A model generated the notes under the pieces. The model made no database searches, was not told the DNA's origin, and was given only the letters and a program-made list of their open reading frames with translations. The translations under genes were made by a program, and so were the position numbers. From Squalus acanthias (taxonomy: Eukaryota), in NCBI GenBank assembly GCA_030390025.1, contig CM059432.1, forward strand, positions 142,664,001 to 142,728,000: a DNA stretch of 64,000 nucleotides, read 5' to 3'. Below, in pieces: positions 10,922 through 23,781 of the stretch (positions are counted from its first letter, which is position 1; every line of letters starts with the position of its first letter).

Positions 10922-13900
10922 TCAGCCGCGTGGAGGTGGACGAGCTACAGGGACCTGCTCACCGGGCTCCGAGTGTGCTGGCTTGAGTCGGTCAACCGAC
11001 ACTTTTTCGGTCCTGTCGCCCACTTGCAGGGTGAAAAATTTGTCCCCAGCCTGTAGCACCTTGTAGGGCCCATCGTACGGGGGTTGAAGGGGTCCGCGGT
11101 GGGCGTCGTGCCGGACGAAAACAAACTGTGCCTGGTGCAGGCTTAGTGGCACGTGTGAGGTGGATTCGCCGTGTCGGGCAATGGGCACCGGGGCGAACTG
11201 CAGCGCCGGTGAGGCGAAGTTGTGGCGTTGCTGGTCGGCTGACCAGGGTGTCGTGGCGGTGGGCAGGAACTCGCCGGGTACACTCAGCGGCTGACCGTAC
11301 ACGAGCTCTGATGCCGATGCGTGGAGGTCTTCTTTAACCGCGGTGCGCAGGCCGAGGAGGACCCACGGAAGTCGGTCGGTCCAGGCGCCGTCTTGGAGGC
11401 TGGCTCGAAGAGACGCCTTCAAGGATCTGTGGAACCGCTCACACAGTCCATTGGCTTGGGGGTGGTACGCTGTGGTGCGGTGAATGGTCACCCCGAGATT
11501 GCGTGCGACGGCGGTCCAGAGTTCAGAGGTAAATTGCGGACTTCTGTCCGACGTCATGTCGGAGGGGACGCCGAACCGTGCGACCCAGGTGCTGACGAAG
11601 GCTCTGGCGATGTCGGCGGTGGTGGTAGAGGTCAGTGGAATTGCCTCAGGCCAGCGTGTGGTGCGGTCAACGATGGTCAGCAAGTGCGTGTGGCCTTGCG
11701 ACGGCGGCAGGGGCCCGACGATGTCCATGTGGATGTGGTCGAATCTCCGCGAGGGGACGGTAAACTCCTCGAGGGGTGCTTTCGTGTGTTGCTGTACCTT
11801 GGCCTGTTGGCAGGCTAGGCAGGAGTTGGCCCAAGTACGCACATCCTTGCGAAGGCCGCGCCAGACAAAGCGGTTGGCTACCAATTTGATGGATGCGCGG
11901 GCGCCGGGGTGGGAGAGGTTGTGGAGAATGTCGAATACCCGGCGGCGCCAGGACGCTGGGACGACGGGCCGAGGTTGACATAGGGATATGTCGCACTTGA
12001 CCGTGACTGCGGTCGGGCCACAGGCGACGTCGGCCAGGCGTAGCCCTGGTAGGTTGGTGGGTGCGGAGAGCAGATCAGGGTCGGTGATCTGGTCTGCTGC
12101 GAGTTGAGCGTAGTCGACTGCCAGGTGTGCGGCGTGGATGGCGGGGCGGGAGAGGCAGTCGGCTACCACATTATCTCGGCCGGAGACGTGTTGGATGTCC
12201 GTGGTGAACTCGGACACTGCCGCAAGCTGGCGCTGCTGCCTGGCGGACCAGGGGTCGGTTGTCTTTGCCATTGCGAATGTCAGGGGCTTGTGGTCGACAA
12301 ACGCAGTGAAGGGGTGGCCCTCAAGCAAAAACCGGAAATGGCGGACCGCCAGGAACAGCGCGAGGAGCTCGCGGTCGAAGGTGCTGTACTTGACCTCCGG
12401 GGGGCGTAGTTGGCGGCTGAAGAAGGCAAGTGGTTGCCAGGCGCCGTCGACCCACTGCTCACACACGGCACCGACCGCGTGGTCGGAGGCGTCCGTGGTG
12501 AGCGCTACCCTGGCGTTGGGCCGTGGGTGCGCGAGCAGGGTGGCGTTGGCGAGCGCGGTCTTGGTGGAATCGAAGGCGGCGGACGCGTCTGCCGTCCATT
12601 CGACCGCCATCTTGCTGCTCCTGCCCCGGAGGGCTTCATACAGGGGCCTCATGAGGGACGCCGCTTTGGGGATGAAGCGGTTATAGAAATTCACCATCCC
12701 GAGGAACTCCTGGAGGCCTTTGATGGTGGTGGGGCGCGGAAATTGTTGGACGGCCTGCACCTTGGTGGGCAGGGGAATGGCCCCAGCATGGGTGATGTGG
12801 TGGCCGAGGAAGTCGATCTTGTCCAGGCCGAACTGGCATTTGGCTGGGCTGAGGATGAGCCCGTGGTCGCTGAGGCACCCGAACAGGATGCGAAGGTGTT
12901 CGAGGTGTTCCTGCTTGGAGGAACTGGCTACCAGGATGTCGTCCAGGTAGACGAACAGGAACTTCAGGTCCCGAAGGACCGAGTCCATGAGCCGTTGGAA
13001 TGCCTGGGCCGCGTTTTTGAGGCCGAAGGGCATCCGCAGGAACTCGAACAGGCCGAAGGGGGTGATTACGGCCGTCTTGGGGACGTCCGCGGGGTGGACG
13101 GGGACTTGGTGGTAGCCGCGCACCAGGTCGACCTTGGAAAAGACTGAGCGGCCGGCCAGTCTAGCCGAGAAGTCCTGAATGTGCGGCACGGGGTACCGAT
13201 CGGGGTGGTGGCGTCATTGAGGCGGCGGTAATCCCCGCAGGGGCGCCAACCTCCGCCTGGTTTGGGGGCGATGTGGAGTGGGGAGGCCCAGGGACTGTTG
13301 GAGCGGCGGATGATGCCGAGCTGTTCCATGGTGGCAAACTCGGTCCGCGCGATCTCCAGTTTGGCCGGGTCCAGCCTGCGGGCGTGGGCGTACACTGGGG
13401 GGCCTGTGGTGGGGATGAAGTGTTCCACCCCATGTTTGGCGGCCTCCGCGGAGAAGGTCGGATTGGTAAGGGCCGGGAATTCGGCCAGGAGTGCCGAGTA
13501 GTCATCCGTGGCCCGGGCGTGGCACTGTGACGCCATGTCGGCGGGTTGACGGGGTGCCATGGCGCCCAGGATGGGGGACATGGTGTTCATGTCCACGAGG
13601 CGGTGACGAGGGATGTCTACCAGTAGGCCGTGGGCGCACAGGAAATCTGCGCCGATGAGGGGGGAGAGCACCTTGGCAGTGATGAACTCCCATCGGTAGC
13701 GGTGACCAGCGAGGTCGAGGGTGACTGTCCGGGTGCCATACGTCCGGATTTCCGAGCCGTTAGCAGCAGCCAGCGCCGGTCCTCGTTCGCCCTTTTGGAT
13801 GTCGAGGGAGGAGGCCGGGATGATGCTGTGCTGAGCCCCAGTGTCGCACAGGAACCGGCGGCCGGTTTTGTCATCCGTGACGAACAGCAGGGAGCCCGCG

Positions 13901-14610
13901 TGGCCCACAGCCATCGCGGGGGCTGGAACAGGGGTGGACTTGAAAGAGCAGGGAGGTGTGCACCGTTGTGCCCTGGCCCCGAACCGTGCGTGGTAGTAAC
14001 AGTGGCCCGGGTTAGTGGGGCGTGAAGGCCCCGTGGGCCTGGTGACAGGCCCTTATGGCCGCGTGCTGGATGGTGAGGGGCGCGCCCAGGCATTGGCTGC
14101 CAGGTCCGGAGTGACGTCGCGGCTGGAGTGAGTGGACAGCAGCTTGTCGGCCTCATCGGCCAGGGCTTCCAGGTTCGTGAGGCCGGACGCCACGATCGCT
14201 GGGCGGATGCTGAGAGGGAGCTGGCGGATGAACAGCGTGCAGAAGAGGGATCCGGGTGGGCTCTCATTGGTGAGGGAGAGCATGTGGGAGAGGAGGTCTG
14301 ACGGTGAGGCATCACCGAGGCCTGGAAGGTCGAGGAGGTGGCAGTTTCGCTGATATGCCGAGGCCGTAAATTTTTTAAGGAGCGCTGTCCTGAGATGTGC
14401 GTACTTGCCTTCCTCTGGTGGGTTCTGCAGCGTTGTCCAAACCTTGGAAACTGCGGCGCTACCGAGTGATGTGACGAGATAGTTGTACTTCGTCCCATCT
14501 GTGGTGATATCTCGCAGCCGGAAGCGAGATTCAGCTTGGAGAAACCAGGCTTCGGGCTGGTTTTCCCAAAACTCCGGCAGTTTCACGGAAACTGCATTCG
14601 TGTCCGCCAT
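10922..14610 (-). pseudogene. gag-pol polyprotein reading frame with few lesions
   Basis: Gag (VSVKLPEFW..PEAWFLQAESRF) 14610-14053; in-frame TAA at 14053-14055; then CYYHARFGARAQRCTPPC and protease FLCDTGA in the same frame; 1-nt frameshift near 13200; RT YLDD, RNase H TTDAS, integrase HHCC and D,D(35)E, and PPYDGPY in 13189-10922. Confidence 0.93.
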
Positions 14611-14635
14611 TGCAGTGCTCGGAATACGTTCTGAG

Positions 14636-14649
14636 CGTCGGGGTCACCA
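14636..14649 (-). other. Primer-binding site complementary to tRNA-Trp
   Basis: TGGTGACCCCGACG, one base after the 5' LTR. Confidence 0.9.
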
Positions 14650-14650
14650 A

Positions 14651-14889
14651 TGTTGAGGCTGCCACGAAACACAAATTAAGGCTGAATCCATTTGTGTTAA
14701 ACCAGAGACTTTTTAATCACAGCATGGCACAAAATGGCAGACTTGAAAAGCTCCCAGAATTCTCTGGGTAAAACCTGAGGCCCCGCCCCCTCCTGCCTTA
14801 AAGGTAAGGTGCCTTAAAGGGAAGGGGCTGGAAATTTGTCCACAGACGGAAGAGTGGATTATGCCCGTTTTAGGTGGCGATCCGCCACA
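14651..14889 (-). repeat. 5' LTR of Gypsy element
   Basis: Direct repeat of 10541-10779. Confidence 0.95.
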
Positions 14890-17519
14890 AGATGATCTTT
14901 AAGGAGGAGATGTTTCAAGTACAGGCTAGGTACATTCCAACAAGAGGGAAGGGTAAGGGAACCAAAGCAAGGGCTCCTTGGATATCGAGGGAGATAGAGA
15001 AGATGGTGAAACAAAAAAAGAGGGTGTATGATGAATGTCAGGTGAATTCTTCAAGGGAGAACCAGACCAAATACAATAAGTTGAGAGGGGAAGTGAAGAT
15101 GAAAATAAGATTGGCAAAGAGAGAATATGAGAGTAGAATGGCGGTTAACATAAAAGGGAACCCAAAAATCTTCTACCGGCGTGTAAACAGTAAGCGGGTA
15201 GTAAGAGGCGGGGTGGGGCCTATTAGGGACAAAGAAGGTGATGTATGCTTAGAGGCGCAGGGCAAGGCTGGAATACTCAATGAGTACTTTGTATCAGTGT
15301 TTACTAAGGAGGTGGATGCTGACAAAATATCGGTAGAAGCAATGGAAGGGGTGAAAATTGATAGACAGGATGTACTAGAAAGGCTGGGTATGCTTAGAGT
15401 GGATAAGTCACCTGGTCCAGATGGCTTGCATCCCAGGTTGCTAAGGGAATTTGGGGAGGAGATAGCGGAAGGGCTTGCCATAATTTTCCAATCTTCCCTA
15501 GATGCAGGGGAGGTGCCTGAGGATTGGAAAGTGGCAAATGTGACACCGTTGTTCAAAAAAGGGTGCAAGGACAATTCTAGTAACTACAGGCCAGTCAGTT
15601 TAACATCAGTGGTGGGTAAAGTTTTAGAAACAATAATCAAGGAAAAAATTAACGGGCACTCTCGAGGTTTAAGCTAATTAAGGAGAGCCAACACGGATTT
15701 GTAAAAGGCAGATCGTGTTTGACTAATCGAATTGAATTTTTTGATGAAGTAACAGGGAGGATTGATGAAGGGAATACAATGGATGTTGTCTACATAGATT
15801 TTAGGAAGGCGTTTGACAAAGTACCACATAGAAGGCTGGTTAATAAAATTGAGGCTCATGGAATAGGTAGTCAGTGGCAGTTTGGATAAGGAATTGGCTT
15901 AAGGACAGAAAACAGCTAGTTGTGGTAAATGGCTGTTTTTCAGACTGGAGGATGGTAGACAGTGGTGTTCCCCAAGGGTCAGTGCTGGGGCCACTGCTTT
16001 TTTTGATAGATATAAATGACTTGGATATTGGAATACAGAGTAGAATGTCTAAATTTGCCGATAACACCAAACTTGGGGTTGTGGCAAACAGTGATGATGA
16101 TATCAATCAACTGCAACAGGACATAGAAAGTCTAGCAGAATGGGCAGACAAGTGGCAGATGGAATTTAATACAGAGAAGTGTGAGGTGATGCATTTTGGC
16201 AGGAGGAACAGGGAGAGGCAATATACACTTAATGACACAGTTTTAAAGAGTGTGCAGGGACAGAGGGACCTGGGAGTTAATGTGCATAGGTCCCTGAAGG
16301 TGGCGGGACATATTGAGAGAGTGGTTAGCAAAGCATATGGGATCTTGGGCTTCATAAATAGAGGTATTGAGTACAAAAGTAGAGAAGTTATGCCGAACCT
16401 TTATAAAGCGCTGGTTAGGCCACAACTGGCGTATTGCATCCAGTTCTGGTCACCACACTTTAGGAAGGATGTGAAGGCCCTTGAGAGGGTGCAGAGGAGA
16501 TTTACCAGAATGGTTCTGGGGATGGGAGATCTTAGCTACAAGGACAGGTTGGAGAAGCTGGATTTGTTTTCATTAGAGCAAAGGAGGTTGAGGGGTGATT
16601 TGATAGAGTTGTACAAGATTATGACAGGTTTGGATAGGCTAGACAGGGAAAGGCTGTTCCCACTAGTTGATGGTACAAGGACTAGGGGACACAGATTTAA
16701 GGTTTTGGGCAAGAGATACAGGGGGGAATGTGAGGAAAAACTTTTTTACGCAGCGAGTGAGGAAGACCTGAACTCGCTGCTGACGGAAGTGGAGACACTC
16801 AATGTTTTCAAGGGTAGACTGGATAGGCAGTTAAGGAAATAAACTTGCAGGGCTACGGGGATAGAGTGGGGGAATGGGACTGACTGGATTGTTCTACAGA
16901 GAGCCGGCACGGACTCGATGGGCTGAATGCCCTCCTTCTATGACTCTATGACTCTATGATGTTGATTGAGGGATAAATATTGGCCAGGACACCAGGAGAA
17001 CTCACCTACTCTTCTTTGAAATAGTGCCATGGGATCTTTTACGTCCACCTGAGAGGGCAGACAGGGCCTCGGTTTAACGTCTCATCCGAACGACGACACC
17101 TCCGACAGTGCAGCACTCCCTCAGTACTGTAGTGGGAATGTGTATCTAGATTTTTGTACTCAAGTCTCTGGAGTGAGACTTGATCACACAACCTTCTGAC
17201 TGAGAGGTGAGAGTGCCTCTGAGCCACGGGTGACACATTTCCAGTTCATGCCAACACTGGACATGGGGCTGCGCATGATGGTGAAGGTTTGCACTGGTCT
17301 GATGCTGACTATCTGTGTCATTGGACAGGAAAAAAATCAGTGCAGACAGAAAAGAGCAGGTTGATTAGTTGCTGTGATCGGAGCTTCACCCTTGGGTTGT
17401 CTACCTGCTGACTTGGTGTTGTATGAGGGGCAAGGCAATGTGAGCTACCTTGTTAAGGATCACTGGTAGTTTAAATGTTCTCCCATTTTACAGGCCATTT
17501 TTTTAAGGATATCATAATA

Positions 17520-17862
17520 AGTGTATGGTATCGTAGTGGTTATGTTACTGAACTCGTAATCTAGAAGAACGCCAGTTCAGATCCCACCGTGCATTTGAAT
17601 TCAGTTCTGGAATAACAAACTGGTATCAGTAAAAGTGACCAAAAGCTGTCAGATTGTCGTTAATAACCCAGCTGGTTCACTAATATCCTTTAGGAAAGGA
17701 AACCTGCCATCCTTACCCGGTCTGGGCCTATATGTGACTCCAGTCCCACACCAACGCAGTTGACTCTTAAATGACCTCTGAAGTGGCCTAGAAAGCTTGA
17801 TGGCAACTAGGGATAGGGAAAAAATGCCAGCCTTGCCAGCGATGTCTACACCCTGAGAATGA
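17520..17862 (+). mobile_element. Second SINE family copy
   Basis: tRNA-like head (GGTATCGTAGTGG..GTTCAGATCCC) plus the same body and tail as 1790-2045. Confidence 0.65.
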
Positions 17863-18075
17863 AGACAACAAAAATGATGTATCTTAACAGTGAATTACAG
17901 AATCTGACTTTACAATGCCAAGCTCACACAAAATACAAAATGTCTTGTTCATCTTTTATACTTTCCACATTTGTTTGACTGAACACTGTCCTGATATAGG
18001 CTGTTGTATATAACAGCATGCAAAATTAAACCTGCTTAATATAAACAATTACAGTTAAGTTACAGTCTCATTCCA

Positions 18076-18790
18076 AAGACTTGAGCACATAATCCAGGCT
18101 GACGCTCCCAGTGCAGTGCTGAGGGAGTGCTGCACTGTCAGTGGTGTCGTCGTTCGGATGAGACGTTAAACCGAGGCCCCGTCTGCCCTCTCAGGTGGAC
18201 GTAAGAGATCCCATGGCCACTATTTGGTGAAGAGTAAGGGAGTTCTCCCTGGAGTCCTGGCCAACATTTATCCCTCAACCAACATCACTAAAAAAACAAA
18301 GCAAAGTACTGCGGATGCTGGAAATCTGAAACAAAAACAGAAAATGCTGGAAATACTCAGCAGGTCAGGCAACATCTGTGGAGAGAGAAACAAATAAGTG
18401 TTTCAGGTTGATGACCTTCCACCAGAACTGGAAAAAAGTTAGAGACGTAACAGGTTTTAAGCAAGTACAGAGGCAGAGAGTGGAGAAAAAAACCAAAAGG
18501 GAAGGTCTGTGATCGAGGGCAGGAGAGATTAAATGACAAAAGGGATGATGGTGAGAGGCAAAAGGAGATGGTAATGGGACAAGTAAAGAAACAAAGGATG
18601 GGTGTACATGAGGTGTAAATGGGAATAGCAGAATCATTACCATCGCTAAAAAACAGATTATCTGGTCATTTATCTCATTGCTGATTCTGGGATCTTGCTG
18701 TGCGCAAATTGGCTGCCACGTTTCCGAGATTACAACAGTAACTACACTTCAAAAGTACTTCATTGCTGCAAAGCAATTTGGGATGTCCGA
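18076..18790 (+). mobile_element. DeuSINE interrupted by a Penelope tail fragment (18297-18640, minus strand)
   Basis: SINE halves are contiguous; duplicated CATCRCTAAAAAA flanks the insert. Confidence 0.75.
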
Positions 18791-19212
18791 TGCCACCCAC
18801 TAGACTCGAAAAACAAGAGCAAAAAAAAACTAGTGTGAAACTTGCCCAATGCATCCCTATCATTTGGAGTGTATTGAAATCTTTTCACAGAAGACTGGAA
18901 TTAATGAGTCACGAAAAAGACGCTTTGAAATTAGCAACCACTCTAAAGAGTGTACAGTTGACATCAAAGACTACCTTCATGCTTATGGAATGGAAATGCT
19001 TTGTAAAAATTTCATCTCTAACCACATGCACAATTATTGTCCCCAGGACATTAGGGACTCTGAAATTAAAGCAAAACCTCATGTTTAAAAAATAAAGAAA
19101 GAACTTGCATTTCTATAGCACCTTTCACAACCTCAGGACGTCCCAAAGCGCTTTACAGCCAATGACGTACTTTTTTTTAAAGTGTAGTCACTGTTGCAAT
19201 GCAGGAAACGCG

Positions 19213-19667
19213 ATCAGCTTCGATGGACAGGCCACATCGTCCGCATGCCCGATACAAGACTCCCAAATCAAGCGCTCTACTCGGAGCTCCAACACGGCAA
19301 GAGAGCCCCAGGTGGGCAGAGGAAACACTTCAAGGACACCCTCAAAGCCTCCTTGAAAAAGTGCAACATCCCCACCGACACCTGGGAATCCCTGGCCCAA
19401 GACCGCACAAAGTGGAGGAGAAGCATCCGGGAAGGCGCCGAACACCTCGAGTCTCTTCGCCGGGAGCAAGCGGAAGCCAAGCGCAGGCAGCGCAAGGAGC
19501 GCACATCAACTCAAGCACCCCACCCACCCACCCCTTCAACCACCGTCTGCCCCACCTGTGACAGAGACTGTAGGTCCCGCATTGGACTCATCAGTCACCT
19601 GAGAACTCATTTTAAATGTGGAAGCAAGTCATCCTCGGTTCCGAGGGACCGCCTAAGAAGAGAAGAA
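19213..19667 (+). mobile_element. RTE-clade LINE 3' fragment inserted in a DeuSINE (19095-19835)
   Basis: QLRWTGHIVRMPDTRLP..GKRAPGGQRKHFKDTLK..CPTCDRDCRSRIGLISHLRTH; (AAG)n tail; TSD GCAGGAAACRCG. Confidence 0.9.
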
Positions 19668-20249
19668 GCAGGAAACACGGCAGCTAATTTGCAGACAGCA
19701 AGTTCCCACAAACAGCAATGTGATAATGACCAGATAATCTGTTTTTTAGTGATATTGGTTGAGGGATAAATATTGGCCAGGATGCCGGGGAGAACGCTCT
19801 TGCTCTTCTTCAAATAGTGCCATGTGATCTTTCACTAAGACAGATTATTTGTTCATTATCACATTGCCGTTTGTGGGATCTTGCTGTGCGTAAAAATGGC
19901 TGCCGCGTTTCCTACAACACAACAGTGACTACACTTCAAAAGAACTTAATTGGCTGTAAAACACTTTGGGACATCCTGAGGTGGTGAAGTGACCAGCAAA
20001 GTACAATAATGTTTGGTTCAATGTAAGAATCAAAAAGGATAATAGAAAAGGATAAGGGCGCTGGGCTGGAAACGGACAAAGCTCTGAGCCAAATTAACAA
20101 ATTACATTTATTCCTATAAGGCAAAAGGGGAATGGATCAAAGAATAGCGTCCCTTAGCTACAGAGAGAGATCAAAAGTAAAGGTGAGGTTTATGATAAAA
20201 TGAGGGTTAACAATACTAAAGATAATCTTGAGTATAGAAGGTATAGTTG

Positions 20250-22820
20250 GGAAAGTGTCGGGGACCAAGGAGATTAGAAGGATTAAAATGAGACATGAAA
20301 AAACGAACAGATAATACAAAAATAAATAGTAAGGGCATTTGTAAGAACATAAAAAGTAATAGAATAATTAAGCTGAGGGTACCAATAATCAGGGATGAAG
20401 ATCAGAGTCTTATTGTGGAGGATAAAGGTATGGTCGAGATATTTAATAAATATTTTGCATCGGTTTTTACTAATGATGGTGGAAGTGAGAATGTTGGTGC
20501 ACCGGAGGAGGAATTGGAACAATTGGTAGAGATAACCGTGGAAAAGGAATTGCTTCTAAAAAGGATTCATCAGAAGTCAAGGTGGATAAATCACTGGGCC
20601 CTGATAAAGGGAGGGGAGGATAAACCAGGTAACTATTGACCAATTAGTCTAAAGTCAGTTTTGACCAAATTCTGGGAATCCATAATTCAAGATAAAATTA
20701 GTGAACAGATAAAAAAAAGTCGATGGGTTAATCAAGGACAGCCAACATGGATTTGTTAAAGGCAAGTCACGTTTAACCAATCTTACTGAGTTTTTTGAAC
20801 AAGTGACTGATTGATTAGATAAAGGGAATGCAGTAGGTGTAGTGCTTCTGGATGTTCAGAAGGTGATTGATAAGGTGTCTCAAAGGAACCTTGTTAGAAA
20901 AAATCAGGGATATGATATGAGGGGAAATGTAATAATATGGATAGAAAGTTGGCCAATAGACTGGAAACAAAGAGTTAGAGCAAATGAGTGTTGCTGGGAC
21001 TGGAGAAGGTTGGACATGGTGTTCCCCAGGGGTCTGTGCTGGCTCCACTTTTCCTCTCAGTATATATAGATGATTTGGACTTGGGTACAGGGAACACAAT
21101 CTCACAATTTGCTGACAACCCAAAATACGTGGTTTGGCCAACAGTGAGATGACCGTAAAAGACTTTGTGAAGACAGAGGTGAGCAGAGTGGCCAGACAGG
21201 TGAGCAGAATGGGTAGACAGGTAACAGAATGGGCAGACAGGTGAGCAGAATGGGCAGACAGGTGGCAGAATGGGCAGACAGGTGGCAGAATGGGCAGACA
21301 GGTGGCAGAATGGGCAGACAGGTGGCAGAATGGGCAGACAGGTAACAGAACAGGCACAGGTGAGCATAATAGGCAGACAGGGGGCAGAATGGGCAAAGGT
21401 GAGCAGAAGCAATTAAATATGGATAAGAGTGAGGTAATATGTTTTGGGAGGAGGAATGAGAGATTGGAGTGTGCATCAATGGAAGGACACTGAAGCGCTT
21501 GGATAAAGAGACTGAGGGGTTCAGATACATAATTCCCTGAAAGTGCAAATGCAGGTAGATAAAGCCATTTAAAAGGCCACCGCCACAATGGGTTTCATAA
21601 ATAGGGGCATAGAGTACAAGAGTAAAGCCGTAAAGATAAATTTGTACAACACATTGGTTAGGCCACAGTTAGAGTAAAGGTCAATTATAGAAGGGACATA
21701 AAAGCCATAGAGAGCGCACAGTGTAGATTCACCAGGATGATGCCAGGGATGAGAAACGATAGTTCTAGAGAGATACTGGGACTGTTTCCACTGAAGCAGA
21801 GAAGGCTAAGAGACGATTACACAAACTAGCTTTGTATTTCCTTGAATTTAGAAGTTTAAGGGGTGATTTGATCGAAGCTTTCAAGATATGAAGGGGAACT
21901 GATAGGGTAGATAGAGAGAAACTATTTCCACTGGTTGGGGAGTCTCGGACTAGGGGATATAGCTTAAAAACTAGAGCCAGGCCGTTCAGGAGTGAAGTTA
22001 GGAAACACTTCTGCACGCATAGGGTGGTAGAAGTTTGGAACTCTCTTCCACAAATGGCGGTTGATGCTGGGTCAATTTTAAATCTGAGATTGATAGATTT
22101 TTGTTAACCAAAGGTAATAAGGAATATGGGGCAAAGGCAGGTATATGGAGTTAGGTCACAACAACAACAACAACTTGTATTTACATAGCGCCATTAACGT
22201 AGTGAAACGTCCCAAGGCGCTGCACAGGAGTATTATAAAACAAATAATTTGACACCGAGCCACATAAGTATAAATTAGGGCAGGAAGAGGTAGGTTTTAA
22301 GGGGCATCTTAAAGGAGGAAAGAGAGGTAGCGAGGCGGAGAGGTTTAGACAGGAAATTCCAGAGCTTAGGGCCTCAATCAGCCATGATCTCATTGAATGG
22401 CGGAACAGGCTAGAGGGGCTAAATGGCCTCCTCCTGTTCCTATCTTCCTATATTTAATAGAAGCTTTCAAAATTATGAAGGGTTTTGATAGGGTGAACAG
22501 GGGGAGACAATTTCCTGTGGTTGGGGGGGTCAGTGACATGGTGCCATCAATTTAAAATTGTCATTAAGAGAGTGAGGAAAAATTTCTTTATACAGAGGGT
22601 TGTTAGAAAATGGAATACTTTGCCACAGGGAGTGGCTGAGGCAGAGACCATTGCATCTTTTAAGGGGTAAGTGGATAAGGACTTGAAGCCGAGGGAGCTA
22701 CAGGGCTATGGGGAGAGAATGAAGCAGTGGGATTAGTTTGTGGATTACTCCAGTAAAGAGCCAGCACAGACAGGATGGGCTGAATGGGCTCTTTCTGTGC
22801 AGGAAACCTCTGTGGTTCTA
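20250..22820 (+). mobile_element. Degraded CR1-clade LINE with nested younger CR1 (~21820-22450) and L2 (~22159-22375, minus) fragments
   Basis: FNKYFASVFT, QHGFVKGKS and KVIDKVS remnants; typical CR1 3' end. Confidence 0.75.
21175..21410. repeat. 20-bp minisatellite (GGGCAGACAGGTGGCAGAAT) inside CR1 RT
   Basis: Tandem units located exactly where CR1 encodes AEWADRWQM. Confidence 0.9.
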
Positions 22821-23781
22821 TGGTTGCTACGGTTAACCATTGGATAAATATTGTAATGCCTGTTTACAGGTGTTTGCTGTATTAGAAAATCGCTTTTTAA
22901 CGGGAGTCCCACATGGTTACTAATGAGTTATAAATTACATCGCAACACTTGCCGATTAAAATTCACCCTTTTAGTGAGAACATTTATTCTGATGGAATAT
23001 TTGTCAAGGTGCCCTTATATCCTCCTGCATTTGCACACCATTCGGTTTAGCTGGAGTGGTCACGTAAAAAGAACATTATGACAGACACAAAGACTGGTCC
23101 CATTCCCAGATGCAGGCTATTTGACGCATTTGATGTTAAATTAATGGAAGATCAGAAGTCTTTTTTTAGCAGATTGTCTATCTGTCTGGCCACATGTGTG
23201 CTGCTCAATGCCAGTGGCTGGTATAATGACAGCCATGGCACCACACAAGGATGAAAGATACTCCATATAGCACACATCCCATCAGCAGGCACGAAGCGAG
23301 TCATAATACAGGGACAAAACTCTTGCTTTATAAGTAGCAACACTGCTATTTACATTTTTCTCAACCATTTCCAGCCCAGATTAATCTCAACTGCCCTCCC
23401 CATTCCCCTCACCCGTGATCCAGATTTACAGTGTGACGTACGGTAATCAGTAGTGCAGAGTTAAAAAATCAGTGACTGCAACCATTTCTGACTATGCAGC
23501 TTGAGAAGCAGATAGATTTACGTTAAGCTCTGGACTTTAGTACAATAGCGAGATACCGACCAGTGATCTCTTGCTGGGAAAGCGTGTGCTCTTCCTTCAA
23601 ACTGTTCAATACGCCCACTTTCTCGCTCAGTAACAGGTCCCCATGCTGTCATTCTCCTCAAGACATCTGGAAGATCGCCTTCCATTCCCCCCTCACCCAC
23701 AAACCGGCACGAAGACCTCTGAACCCCAGTCAGATTGAGAGGTGACCGCCTCCAGGTTCAAAGGCGACAAGTCTCGGGGAA

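Larger units (their letters stand above)
10541..14889 (-). mobile_element. Full-length Ty3/Gypsy LTR retrotransposon, CsRn1/Kabuki clade
   Basis: Two 239-bp TG..CA LTRs, AGAT TSD (10537-10540 and 14890-14893), PBS, PPT and gag-PR-RT-RH-IN order. Confidence 0.96.
9458..16958 (+). mobile_element. CR1-clade LINE, 5'-truncated (ORF1 esterase end plus ORF2), interrupted by a Gypsy element
   Basis: ORF1 end WGRWDLYKPDGLHLN (SGNH-type); APE endonuclease (AITETWL, YRPP, LGDFN, SDH) in 9825..10475; RT (KSPGPDGLHPR, NYRPVSLTS, GVPQGSVLGP, FADNTK) in 14890-16842; 3' (TATGACTC)n tail; several stops and frameshifts. Confidence 0.92.
9285..17236 (-). mobile_element. DeuSINE split into 9285-9457 and 16957-17236 by a CR1 insertion
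   Basis: The halves are contiguous in the SINE consensus (..GATAATCTTTTTTCAGTGA | TGTTGATTGAGGGATAAATATTGGCCAGG..). Confidence 0.8.

Noticed and set aside
13190..13210. Programmed gag-pol frameshift in the Gypsy element
   Set aside because: The shift falls inside the conserved RT motif (TTPDRYP), not at the gag-pol boundary, so it is a mutation or sequencing error.
11128..14353. Plus-strand ORFs overlapping the Gypsy element
   Set aside because: Expected antisense ORFs in GC-rich coding sequence; no domain signal.
18834..19088. CETCPMHPYHLEC, resembling part of a PHD/RING finger
   Set aside because: Stop immediately upstream, remaining ligands missing, no convincing splice sites.
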